From an uncultured Deferribacteres bacterium (GTDB taxonomy: Bacteria > Zhuqueibacterota > JdFR-76 > BMS3Abin05), in assembly GCA_964568545.1 (NCBI GenBank), contig CAZMRE010000001.1:134-64133 (forward strand): a DNA stretch of 64,000 nt. The letters are read 5' to 3'. A program made the translations under genes and the position numbers. Below the pieces are notes generated by a model. The model was not told the DNA's origin, did not search any database, and was given only the letters and a program-made list of their open reading frames with translations. Within the stretch, counting starts at the first letter, position 1, and every line of letters starts with the position of its first letter. Positions 28,487 through 37,400 of the stretch are shown piece by piece.

Positions 28487-28762
28487 TTATTCGGATTTAC
28501 TCAAACGTTCTTTCACAACCTCTTTTTCTTGTTTTACCTTTTGCAACTCGGCCTTTTTTGAATCCAACTTTTTCTGAAGTTGGGCTTTCTCAGTCTGCAA
28601 ATCCGACACCTTTTGCTGGGCACTTTTTGCAGCTTGTTTGGTTTCCTGAAGCGTCTTTAGCTGCTCATCATTTGCATAACGTGTACAGCCCGTCATAGCA
28701 ATTGACGCCACAAATAACCCGGCCATGACCAACAAAGCAAATTTTCTAAACCATTTGGACAT
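28487..28762 (-). CDS. Small coiled-coil lipoprotein (Lpp-like architecture)
   Basis: 91 aa, counted from the ATG that has the AAAGGAGGTG ribosome-binding site. It has a signal peptide with a lipobox-like IAMTGC, then a continuous Lys/Glu/Gln-rich helix. Confidence 0.65.
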   Translation of the reverse strand: MSKWFRKFALLVMAGLFVASIAMTGCTRYANDEQLKTLQETKQAAKSAQQKVSDLQTEKAQLQKKLDSKKAELQKVKQEKEVVKERLSKSE

Positions 28763-28817
28763 CGGGACAACACCTCCTTTTTCTTTTATTATACATAGAT
28801 AACGGAATGTTAAATCA

Positions 28818-28846
28818 ATATTAACAAAAAAAACAACAATTGTCAA
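28818..28846 (-). promoter_or_regulatory. Sigma-70-type promoter of the lipoprotein-LysM pair
   Basis: The minus strand reads TTGACA - 17 nt - TAATAT, with the -35 at 28841-28846 and the -10 at 28818-28823. Confidence 0.6.
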
Positions 28847-28906
28847 GGGAAAAATTCATTTCAGCAAAAAATAACATAATTTTATGCAAAATCCTTTTTG
28901 CGAAAA

Positions 28907-30733
28907 TTACGGCTTACCCATTGGGTCTGGCTCATTTTCCCTTTCCATAATTTGAATTCCCAATTCTTCCAGTTGCGGGGGATCAACGTCCGAAGGTGCC
29001 CCGTCCATCAAAGAAATGGCACTCGCTGTTTTCGGAAAGGGAATAACGTCCCGAATGGATTTTTCACCCGCTAGAATCATAACCAGACGATCGAAGCCAA
29101 AGGCGATGCCGCCATGCGGCGGAGCCCCATATTCAAATGCATGCAGCAAAAAGCCGAATTTCTTTTCTGCTTCTTCCGGGGAAATACCCAGCAATTTAAA
29201 CATTTTCATTTGGATATCTTTTCGGTGAATACGAATACTTCCACCTGCAATTTCATTGCCGTCCAGAACCAGATCGTAGGCGCGTGCCCGAATTTTTTCC
29301 GGTTCCTTTTCCATGGATTCAAAATCTTCTTCCTTGGGTGAGGTAAACGGATGATGCATCGCCACATACCGTCCCTGTTCCTCATCAAATTCCAGCAGCG
29401 GGAAATCGACCACCCAGAGAAGCCTGTGAATGGACGTGTCGATGAGATTTAATTTCCGGCCCAGATGCAGGCGCAGGGCACCCAGTGAGCGATACAAGGT
29501 TTCATTCTGATCGGCAATCAAAAGAATCAAATCCCCCGGAGCAGCCTCAAATTTTTCAATCAATTTTATCTGTATTTCCGACGACAAGAATTTGGAGGCA
29601 GAGCCCTTCAGCGTGCCCGATTCCACTTTTAAAGGCAAGGCACCCTTCGCTCCAAATTGCGTCACAAACTCATTCAATTCATCCAGTTGAGAGCGGGAAA
29701 AAGAAGCACCGCCCGGAACAGCAATTCCGGCAATATTTCCGCCAGCGGCAATTACCGAAGAAAAAACCTTAAAATCCGTCGCGGACAGTAAATCCGTTAC
29801 GGTTTGAATTTCCATTCCAAAACGCAGGTCGGGTTTATCCACACCAAAGCGCCGAATGGCCTCATCGTAGGACAATCGCAAAATGGGGTATTTCAGGGCT
29901 TCGCCCAGCACTTCTTGAAAGATTCTTTTCATCAAGCCCTCAACCACCATGAAAATATCGTCTTCCTGAACAAACGACATCTCCACATCAATCTGAGTAA
30001 ATTCGGGCTGACGGTCAGCCCGCAAGTCTTCATCCCGAAAACAGCGCACTATTTGAAAATAGCGGTCGAAACCCGCTACCATTAAAATCTGCTTGTAGGT
30101 TTGGGGAGATTGGGGCAAGGCATAGAATTTCCCTTTGTGGAGTCTGCTGGGCACCAGAAAATCGCGTGCGCCTTCCGGGGTGCTCTTCATCAAATAGGGC
30201 GTTTCGATTTCAACAAAATTATTTTCATCGAAATAGCGACGAACAATTTGTGAGACCTTGTGCCGAAGCAGGATATTTTTCTGCATATCCGGCCGCCGCA
30301 AATCCAGATAACGATATTTGAGCCGCAGTTCCTCAGAAACATCCACATCGGCAATTATTTGGAAGGGAGGCGTTTTGGCCGCATTGAGTATTTTAAGCTC
30401 ATTGGCACGTATTTCAATTTCGCCAGTGACCAATTTTTGATTCAGGGATTCCTCGGGGCGATTTGCCACAAGTCCCCGAACGGCAATAACAAATTCAGGA
30501 CGCAGCTCCTTCGCTTTTTCATAGACTTTTTGGTTGGTTTTTGGATTGAAAACAATCTGAGATTTGCCGTAACGATCCCGAATGTCAATAAAAATCAACC
30601 CGCCATGATCCCGTCTGCGATCTACCCATCCCATTAAGGTAACCGTTTTATCCACATGCCTTGTGCGAAGTTCACCGCAGGTGTGCGTGCGCTTCCATCC
30701 TTCCAATTTTTCAGACGTCAACCGATCCTCCAA
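28907..30733 (-). CDS. aspS: Aspartate--tRNA ligase
   Basis: 608 aa. It has an OB-fold N-terminus (GWVDRRRDHGGLIFIDIRD), class-II motifs (FRDEDLRADRQPEFTQ, GGIAFGFDR) and the bacterial insertion domain. The start is ambiguous: TTG at 30733, or TTG at 30721, which has GGAGGA 4 nt upstream. Confidence 0.92.
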   Translation of the reverse strand: MEDRLTSEKLEGWKRTHTCGELRTRHVDKTVTLMGWVDRRRDHGGLIFIDIRDRYGKSQIVFNPKTNQKVYEKAKELRPEFVIAVRGLVANRPEESLNQKLVTGEIEIRANELKILNAAKTPPFQIIADVDVSEELRLKYRYLDLRRPDMQKNILLRHKVSQIVRRYFDENNFVEIETPYLMKSTPEGARDFLVPSRLHKGKFYALPQSPQTYKQILMVAGFDRYFQIVRCFRDEDLRADRQPEFTQIDVEMSFVQEDDIFMVVEGLMKRIFQEVLGEALKYPILRLSYDEAIRRFGVDKPDLRFGMEIQTVTDLLSATDFKVFSSVIAAGGNIAGIAVPGGASFSRSQLDELNEFVTQFGAKGALPLKVESGTLKGSASKFLSSEIQIKLIEKFEAAPGDLILLIADQNETLYRSLGALRLHLGRKLNLIDTSIHRLLWVVDFPLLEFDEEQGRYVAMHHPFTSPKEEDFESMEKEPEKIRARAYDLVLDGNEIAGGSIRIHRKDIQMKMFKLLGISPEEAEKKFGFLLHAFEYGAPPHGGIAFGFDRLVMILAGEKSIRDVIPFPKTASAISLMDGAPSDVDPPQLEELGIQIMERENEPDPMGKP

Positions 30734-30834
30734 AATCCATTAATTTCCAAAAAGTTAGTCTTCTTATTTTGCGATAAAAATTTTTGGTTTATCCTAAAAA
30801 GATGTAAATTTTGATTCACTTAATCATTTTTTCG

Positions 30835-30855
30835 TAGCCGCGAATGCGCGAATTA
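30835..30855 (+). repeat. Partial copy (21 nt) of the family-2 repeat
   Basis: TAGCCGCGAATGCGCGAATTA matches 55596-55616 (TAGCCGCGAATGCGCAAATTA) at 20 of 21 positions. Confidence 0.5.
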
Positions 30856-31131
30856 AGGATTTTAACAACATCACTTCAGGCATTTCCAGGAATTCCCACG
30901 CCTGAATTAAATCCCAATGCGGCATATCGTAAATCACTTCAAAAATATTGGCATATAATATACACATTCAACAAAACATAATTCAAGTATTATTTTACAA
31001 TGACACCCAAAAACAGCAATTAGCTCTGTTATTCAGGTTTTTTAATCGGAGCAACACTCATATTTTTCTAAGGCGCACACCAGAAGGCTGACGAAATACA
31101 TTTGATAAGAACCCTTCTTTCCCCTCTAAAC

Positions 31132-31158
31132 AAAAAAGCCCCGAATTTAATCCGGGGC
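31132..31158 (-). terminator. Rho-independent terminator ending the TPR-TolQ/ExbBD-TonB-like operon
   Basis: The minus strand reads GCCCCG-GATTAAATT-CGGGGC followed by TTTTTTGTTT. It starts 27 nt after the stop at 31185. Confidence 0.75.
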
Positions 31159-31184
31159 CTGGTACGTAAAATTTGTTTAACCAA

Positions 31185-32315
31185 TTAATACCCGAAGATG
31201 TAATCCTGGCGGAATATGGCATCGCCCTTTGAGGGATCGACCGGGCCAAAATCACGCCAGCGTCGGATTTTACTGACAATACAGCGTTCCACACCCGAAT
31301 TGTTCAAAGTCGATTCAACCACAGAAACCTTTCCCACACTTCCGTCCGTGTGAATGACAAAGCGAACGGAGATTTTTCCCTTCAGATTTGGGTTGGTCCG
31401 AAGGGCACGCTGGTAGCAGTACTCAATAGCCGCTTTGTGAGAATTAATCACTGCCAGAACGCTTTGTGCGCTGCGGCCGCCAGATTTTCCGGCTTCAGCC
31501 TTGACATTTGCCGATTTAAATAGTTTCATCTTTGTTTTCTTTTGCACAGACGTCGTTTTTGCCTGTCCAAGGCCGGTTAGGATATCGCCAATAGCGGCAC
31601 CTGCTCCAGAAGCCCTTCCGCCACGAACGCGGCCACCCCCTCCTTTTCCAGCACCTTCCGGTGAACCGGATGTCTTAATTCCACCAATATTTGAGAGAAT
31701 TTTATCCAAATTTTTTCCGCTTGCCTGCCCCGCATCATTCCCTAAAACATCATTTACCGCTTCCCCCTGTGCGGCTTTCCCTGTGCCTGTTAGCAGACCC
31801 AATAAGCCCTTTTTGCTGACCTCCTGCGAAATCTGGCTGGTGCTTCTGGATCGCGCGGCGACACGCTCCTTTGCCGTTGCCAGTCCTTTTTGTCCCTTGC
31901 CATTAGAGGCCGCTCCGGATTTTGCCTCGGCAGGCGGTTGCTCTGCCACTTTCTTGGATTCTTCTTTTTTAGTTCCGACTCCTTCCTTTGCCGTCGTCGA
32001 GGCTTCCACGGCCAGAGCTTTCTTTTGCTTCTGATAAATAAAATTAGCGTAATGCTCCTGAATGCGACGGGCTGCATTTTCCGAGATCTGATAAGGGAGA
32101 TTCGAAAGGTAAATCATGATTATCGCATTAAGGAGAAATGTAGCCAGGAAAATTCCCCAAAAGCGCCGATCCAACTTTTGGAACGCATGTTTTTTGTACT
32201 GATCCGGATCGATATATAGGGTTGTTTTTTCCCTCGAGACTTTCTTTTTTTCTTCCACAACGGCTACATCGGTTCCATCCTCAAACGGGGAGAGCTTTTT
32301 ATTTTTATGTTTCAT
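31185..32315 (-). CDS. TonB-like energy-transducer homolog with an AgmX/PglI-type C-terminal domain
   Basis: 376 aa. It has one TM helix (FWGIFLATFLLNAIIMIYL) and a long Gly/Ala/Lys-rich linker. The C-terminal block is AAIEYCYQRALRTNPNLKGKISVRFVIHTDGSV...VERCIVSKIRRWRDF, with the paired Cys typical of the AgmX/PglI C-terminal family. Confidence 0.7.
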   Translation of the reverse strand: MKHKNKKLSPFEDGTDVAVVEEKKKVSREKTTLYIDPDQYKKHAFQKLDRRFWGIFLATFLLNAIIMIYLSNLPYQISENAARRIQEHYANFIYQKQKKALAVEASTTAKEGVGTKKEESKKVAEQPPAEAKSGAASNGKGQKGLATAKERVAARSRSTSQISQEVSKKGLLGLLTGTGKAAQGEAVNDVLGNDAGQASGKNLDKILSNIGGIKTSGSPEGAGKGGGGRVRGGRASGAGAAIGDILTGLGQAKTTSVQKKTKMKLFKSANVKAEAGKSGGRSAQSVLAVINSHKAAIEYCYQRALRTNPNLKGKISVRFVIHTDGSVGKVSVVESTLNNSGVERCIVSKIRRWRDFGPVDPSKGDAIFRQDYIFGY

Positions 32316-32352
32316 ATCCAGACTCGTTTTTTGATGTTAGTCGTCCAATTAA

Positions 32353-32847
32353 TTACCCCTGGTCTTGATAGACCAAAAGCCTCATGTTTGGATATTCTGA
32401 GCGTCCACATGTCGCCATAATTTTAACCAGCACCTTGTAGGGCAAATCCTTGTCGCCCTGGATAACAACCTTTCCAGTAAAAGGCGTCCCATATTGCTCC
32501 TCCGCTTTTTGGGCTTCCGAGGCATATTTCTCCAGCTCCCTTGCAAGCGGTGGAATTACCAAGCTCTTCTCCGAGAGCACGTCTGCAATTTTAGCCACCG
32601 GTTTATCATTCAGCACAACCCATTCCTTGGAGACTTTCAGATCGAGAGCCACCTCGGCATGTTTGTGAACCGAAGAATTTGGCAGCGTTAGGTCATTGGA
32701 AGGTTGAATCATTTGCCCCTCGCTGGAGTAAACCTTCAGTAAGAAAACCAGAATGATGGTGAACATATCCATCATGGATGTCAAATTCAATTTTACTTGA
32801 CCGCTACCTGTGCCGTGCCTCTTTATTCGAGAAGGGATAAAGGCCAT
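32353..32847 (-). CDS. exbD: ExbD/TolR-family protein (paralog 2, retains the TM Asp)
   Basis: 164 aa. Its N-terminus LNLTSMMDMFTIILVFLL carries the conserved membrane Asp, followed by a periplasmic ExbD domain. Confidence 0.8.
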   Translation of the reverse strand: MAFIPSRIKRHGTGSGQVKLNLTSMMDMFTIILVFLLKVYSSEGQMIQPSNDLTLPNSSVHKHAEVALDLKVSKEWVVLNDKPVAKIADVLSEKSLVIPPLARELEKYASEAQKAEEQYGTPFTGKVVIQGDKDLPYKVLVKIMATCGRSEYPNMRLLVYQDQG

Positions 32848-32867
32848 TTGTAACTCCGTTCTTTGAT

Positions 32868-33407
32868 TTAAAGTACTGTTGCTCCTAACGAAACATCCGG
32901 AAACAGCGGTTTCAATTTTCCATCTACTTTGACACTTCTGGAGGCATCCATTGTACTAACTACTGTTTGATATTTAATAGATGGCTCCGCCAAAATGATG
33001 ATCCGATTCGAATCCCTAAAAATACCATCTGCCTTCTTCTTGATTCGGTATAAATAATCAGATAGCTTTTTATAATCGTAACCATCCGCTTCTTTTGGAA
33101 TGGTTGGCCCCTCACCATTTTGGCCCAATGCCACTGCAGCGCTGCTTGCAATGTAAAATCCCTGATCCGTGACGGTAACCGTCAGATCGAGCTTTTTTTC
33201 CGTCTCCTGAGGCATTTTCGAGACGGAGGTCATGGTTGCGCCGGCTGCCGGAGGCAGATTAATTTCAATAATTCCCAGTTTTATAAACTCCGCCGAGGTC
33301 AAAAGTAATGGAATGAGAACAACCATCAGATTCATAATGGGGGTCAAATTCAATTCCGGTTCAACCGCATCCGGACGTCTTTTGCGTTTAGATGGTTTGA
33401 AAGCCAT
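32868..33407 (-). CDS. exbD: ExbD/TolR-family protein (paralog 1, Asn at the TM Asp position)
   Basis: 179 aa. It reads LNLTPIMNLMVVLIPLLL, with Asn where the proton-relay Asp normally sits. The start overlaps the upstream stop by 1 nt. Confidence 0.75.
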   Translation of the reverse strand: MAFKPSKRKRRPDAVEPELNLTPIMNLMVVLIPLLLTSAEFIKLGIIEINLPPAAGATMTSVSKMPQETEKKLDLTVTVTDQGFYIASSAAVALGQNGEGPTIPKEADGYDYKKLSDYLYRIKKKADGIFRDSNRIIILAEPSIKYQTVVSTMDASRSVKVDGKLKPLFPDVSLGATVL

Positions 33408-34075
33408 TATTTGTTCCCTGTAATTAAATTAATCAGTTTTACCGTATGTTCATCAATTTCATCGATAATTCCCATGGTTTTATTGTGAATATACGTATAC
33501 ACTAATACGGCAGGGATTGCAATGGACAACCCAACCAATGTCGTGTTCATAGCTGTTGAAATACCCGCTGCCAATAGCCTGGACTTTTCGGCAGCATCCA
33601 CACCTGGGGCTGAAATCGAGTTAAATGCCATGATCAGACCGTAAATCGTTCCCATCAGGCCCAGCAGAGTGGCTACATTTCCAAGCGTGGCTAACCAGCC
33701 GGTTCGCTCTTGTAATTTGGGAATAATCTCCAGAGTTCCCTCATCAACGGCATTTTGAACCGTTCGGAAATCAACTTCTTCATCGTCATTATCAAGTACC
33801 CGAAGACCGGTTCCCACAACATAAGGAAGGGCTTTGTCCTTCATTTTTTCACAAACTTGAACCGCTTCTTTGTACTCTCCTTTGGAGACCAGACGACGGA
33901 TGTCTTTCATAAACTTATCCGCATTAATATTTGAGCGAATACCAATGAAATACGAACGCTCAACTGCCAGGGCTACGACAAACACGGCTGTAACCAATAG
34001 CAACCACATAAAAAGCCATCCGGGGGCTCCGATCTTAAATGCATGGAATATTTGGACGAATTCTCCCATGTTCAT
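33407..34075 (-). CDS. MotA/TolQ/ExbB proton-channel protein
   Basis: 222 aa. It has three TM helices and the conserved C-terminal core TLGNVATLLGLMGTIYGLI...AGISTAMNTTLVGLSIAIP. Confidence 0.88.
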   Translation of the reverse strand: MNMGEFVQIFHAFKIGAPGWLFMWLLLVTAVFVVALAVERSYFIGIRSNINADKFMKDIRRLVSKGEYKEAVQVCEKMKDKALPYVVGTGLRVLDNDDEEVDFRTVQNAVDEGTLEIIPKLQERTGWLATLGNVATLLGLMGTIYGLIMAFNSISAPGVDAAEKSRLLAAGISTAMNTTLVGLSIAIPAVLVYTYIHNKTMGIIDEIDEHTVKLINLITGNK

Positions 34076-34105
34076 ACCTCCTGTTTCATTTTTTTGGGAA
34101 TGATG

Positions 34106-34453
34106 TTATTTTCGCTCTTTTCGCAACATTTCCCGTGCCTCTGCCACCTGTTTGCTTCTCGATTTTTTCATCTCCATATAAAGAAGTTCTCGGGGCACGT
34201 TTTTAATTTCTTTGCTAAAAGAACGGCGGATGAATTCTACTTCTTTTAACTTGGGCTCAATTCGCTTAGGAACAATGGAAACACTCGGCTTCTCAATATG
34301 TGCTTCTACGTGAAGTGCTTTAAGAACCAATTCTTTGGATGTTTTCGGCGCCACCGGTTTCTTTTTAGATGACACGTCCTGGGCGTCCACATTCCGATTC
34401 AAGAGAAACACACTTAGAATTGCTGCCATACCTACCACAACCGAATATCTCAT
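34106..34453 (-). CDS. Small secreted basic protein of unknown function
   Basis: 115 aa. It has a signal peptide ending NVDA|QD. It lies between the TPR genes and tolQ/exbB, with short gaps to both neighbours. Confidence 0.55.
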   Translation of the reverse strand: MRYSVVVGMAAILSVFLLNRNVDAQDVSSKKKPVAPKTSKELVLKALHVEAHIEKPSVSIVPKRIEPKLKEVEFIRRSFSKEIKNVPRELLYMEMKKSRSKQVAEAREMLRKERK

Positions 34454-34467
34454 CTTTGTATCCTCTG

Positions 34468-37400
34468 CTAGGGCTTAAGCACACGATTCAAAAGAAAGGC
34501 CTGTTTTTCAATTTCCTTTTCGAGATTGATCTCTTCCCGCTTTACCGATTCACTCACTTTCTGAATGGTCGCTTTTCGCAAGAGTTGAATTTGAAAGATC
34601 GCTCGCATGCCTTTCCGAGTACTGTCTGTGTCTGTCACGTGAATAGCTACGACATTCTTTCCTTGCCGGATGAACTCATTGACATTCACAGGGAAAACTT
34701 GCTTCCACCCTAATGTATCGGCTTTTTCCTGAAAAACCTTTACGCCGTTTATAAAAATTTCCATATTGTCATCAGCTTGAATTTTAAGTTTGGAAGACAC
34801 CGGAATATCACTGATATCAAACGCTTTTTTGAAATACAATTCCGCCGGATAAGCTTCGTGGGCGGCAAGATGGAAGGCTCTTGGAGCAGCCTTTTGCGAG
34901 GAATCCACCGCAACCGTGTCAGCAAACACTGTATCCATTTTCATTGGAATATTCATGCTGTAGGCCATCTTCCCTGGGAACAGAGCTTTTCCCGCAGAAT
35001 CCCACGCCATTTTCTGTGCGTGCATCCAGGAGGAATCTGGAGGGGTGTTCTGGATCCAGTTGGAATCAACCTTCGTGCTGACCAGCCATGAGGTGTCAGC
35101 AGGCACGTACACGGAATCGGTAGACACCGCAAATTCCTTGGCGTACGTGACAGGATCTAATTCAATTAGGAGACTGGACAAATTGCTAACCGCCAGGCTT
35201 TGCAAATTATGGGATTTTTTATAATCGTACGCATCCGCAGCAATTTCAAGAGCGGCGTCGTGCAAAGAATTAAAATTATCGGAATAGGTGTAGATGGCGT
35301 CTTCGTACTCAGGCATTGGCTCCTTTTGATTCAGCGCAGAAAAATAATCCTTCAATGCCCGCGCAGAATCCGCTTCAATTTTGTAAGTGTCGGCGATTTG
35401 GTAGGTGTTTTCCAGATAATCATTCATTCCCTGTTCGGCATATTTATCCGGGAAATTGTGTTTGAGAAAATTATCCAACTCCCACTGGTAAAATCGTGTC
35501 ATGATTTGCGTGTATTTCTTTCCCAAATCAATTACATTTAACAAATCTCCAGCCAAATTGAGGGCGCCCTCTTTTTCACTGTCAGAGCCTTTTGTCATTA
35601 TTTTATAATAGCGGTGTTTCATTTTCCGGTACGTGTCGATTGTTCCCATGGCCAGCTCGTAATATTTTGCGGGAAGAATTTTAAATACCTGCAGCAGCTT
35701 TTTCCGCGAACGCGCAACCCATCTATTTTCCAGTTCAAGCGAATCGGCTTCATTGATATTACGAAGATGAGCCTGAACAATTTTATCCACCGTTGGCTTA
35801 ACGGCCTTTAGATACACCTGATTTTTGTACTCCAATATAGCCACGGGATCGAGGCCATCAGGAATGGGTGCCGACAAAATCTGTTCGATGGACGCAAAAT
35901 TGAGATCCGCAATGCGGTACAGCATTTCGGATGTCTTTTCACCCGAACGTGTGACCCATCGTTTCATCACCCGCAATGTGCTGTCCTTTTCTGCCACTCG
36001 AATAGAATGCCTGTGGATAGAATCGCCAGACGTTGTGTCCGAAAGGGCCGTTGAATCTGAAGCGGTCGGTGCGGCAGCATTCTCAAGCTTTCTCAACAGA
36101 ATAACAGCCGAGCGGTAGGAAGCGTGAGCTTTTTCATACAATTGCGCAGACATTTGATGGATTTTTGTCCGGTACACAATCTGTCGTGTTTTGTCCATTT
36201 GAGGGATTTCCTGAGAGTTCCAAGTATTGGCAAATTCCTCGTAAACCTTGCCAATGTCATACGTGGCTTCGTACAACCGAATGGTACCATACGCCGCCAC
36301 CTGTTCATACTGAGAGACCAGTTGTTTCAACAGCTCTTTCTTCTGCTTTTTCTGGGCATCCATATTTGCCAGCGTGAATCGGATTTTTTTGTAATCATTG
36401 TACATTAATTCCGATTTCAGGAAAAGAGCCTCTGCCGCGTAGAAATCATTTGTTTTAAGATTTTTGGATTTCAATTCTGTGTTCCGCTGCAACGCCCGAT
36501 TGAATTCCACAATGGCCTGGTCATGTTCCCCCTTATTCATAAAATATTCGCCGCGTTTGTAAAATGTTTCCACGCCTCGGGGCGAATCCGGGTACTTCAT
36601 CCCGAATTCATCCCAAATTCTGTTTGCCTGATCCAGATCATCTAACTTCAAATAGTACTCAGCCATGTTGTAAAACATATTTTCCGCATCGGAAGATTTT
36701 GGGTACGTTTCCACGTACTGCTTGTTAATCCGAATCGCATTTCGCCAGTCCTTTGCCTTGACCGAGAAAAAACTGGCATTGTACAGTGCATCCTGCGCTT
36801 TTGCCGAATCCGGCGTAACCTTCCAGAGTTTCTCATAAGTATTGGCTGCGTATTTGTACTCTTTCAATTCACCATAATCCAGTGCCAGGTTGTTCATGGC
36901 ATCCAGGTAGTATTTGGATGAAGGAAAATGATCAATCAAATATTGGTAGGCTTCCACCGCCTGATTGTATTCCGAAACCTTATCGTACTCCACCGCCGAT
37001 TGGTAGAGCGACAAATCAGCAAATTTGGCGTTCGGAACCTCTTTAACAACCCTCCGGTATTCCTTTGCCGCTGCCAGATGATTCCCGCTATCCGCCAATG
37101 CCTGGGCATGCATAAAAATCGATTCAGACATGCGTCTGACCGCTTTCTTTTTTACAGCTTCAGGAACATTCTTGCTCAATTGAATTTTTTTCGCCATCAA
37201 TTCGGCGCTCACAAAATCCTGCTTTCCAAAATAGCTTTCCATTGCCGTGAATTGAGCCTGAGTAAGCTCCGGACTATCCGGAAAACGCTGAATAAGCGTG
37301 TTAAAATACGTCAGAGCTTCCTCAAAGTGCTTTTTATTGTAGAACAAAATTCCGGCATTAGCCAATGCTACCGAAGCATCTTTGTCCTGCGGAAACAGTT

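Noticed and set aside
30824-30967. A 47-codon minus-strand ORF (MCILYANIFEVIYDMPHWDLIQAWEFLEMPEVMLLKSLIRAFAATKK) in the aspS-upstream gap.
   Set aside because: It has no ribosome-binding site and overlaps the partial family-2 repeat copy. It is too short and unsupported to call. The peptide looks vaguely protein-like, so a blastp check would be cheap.
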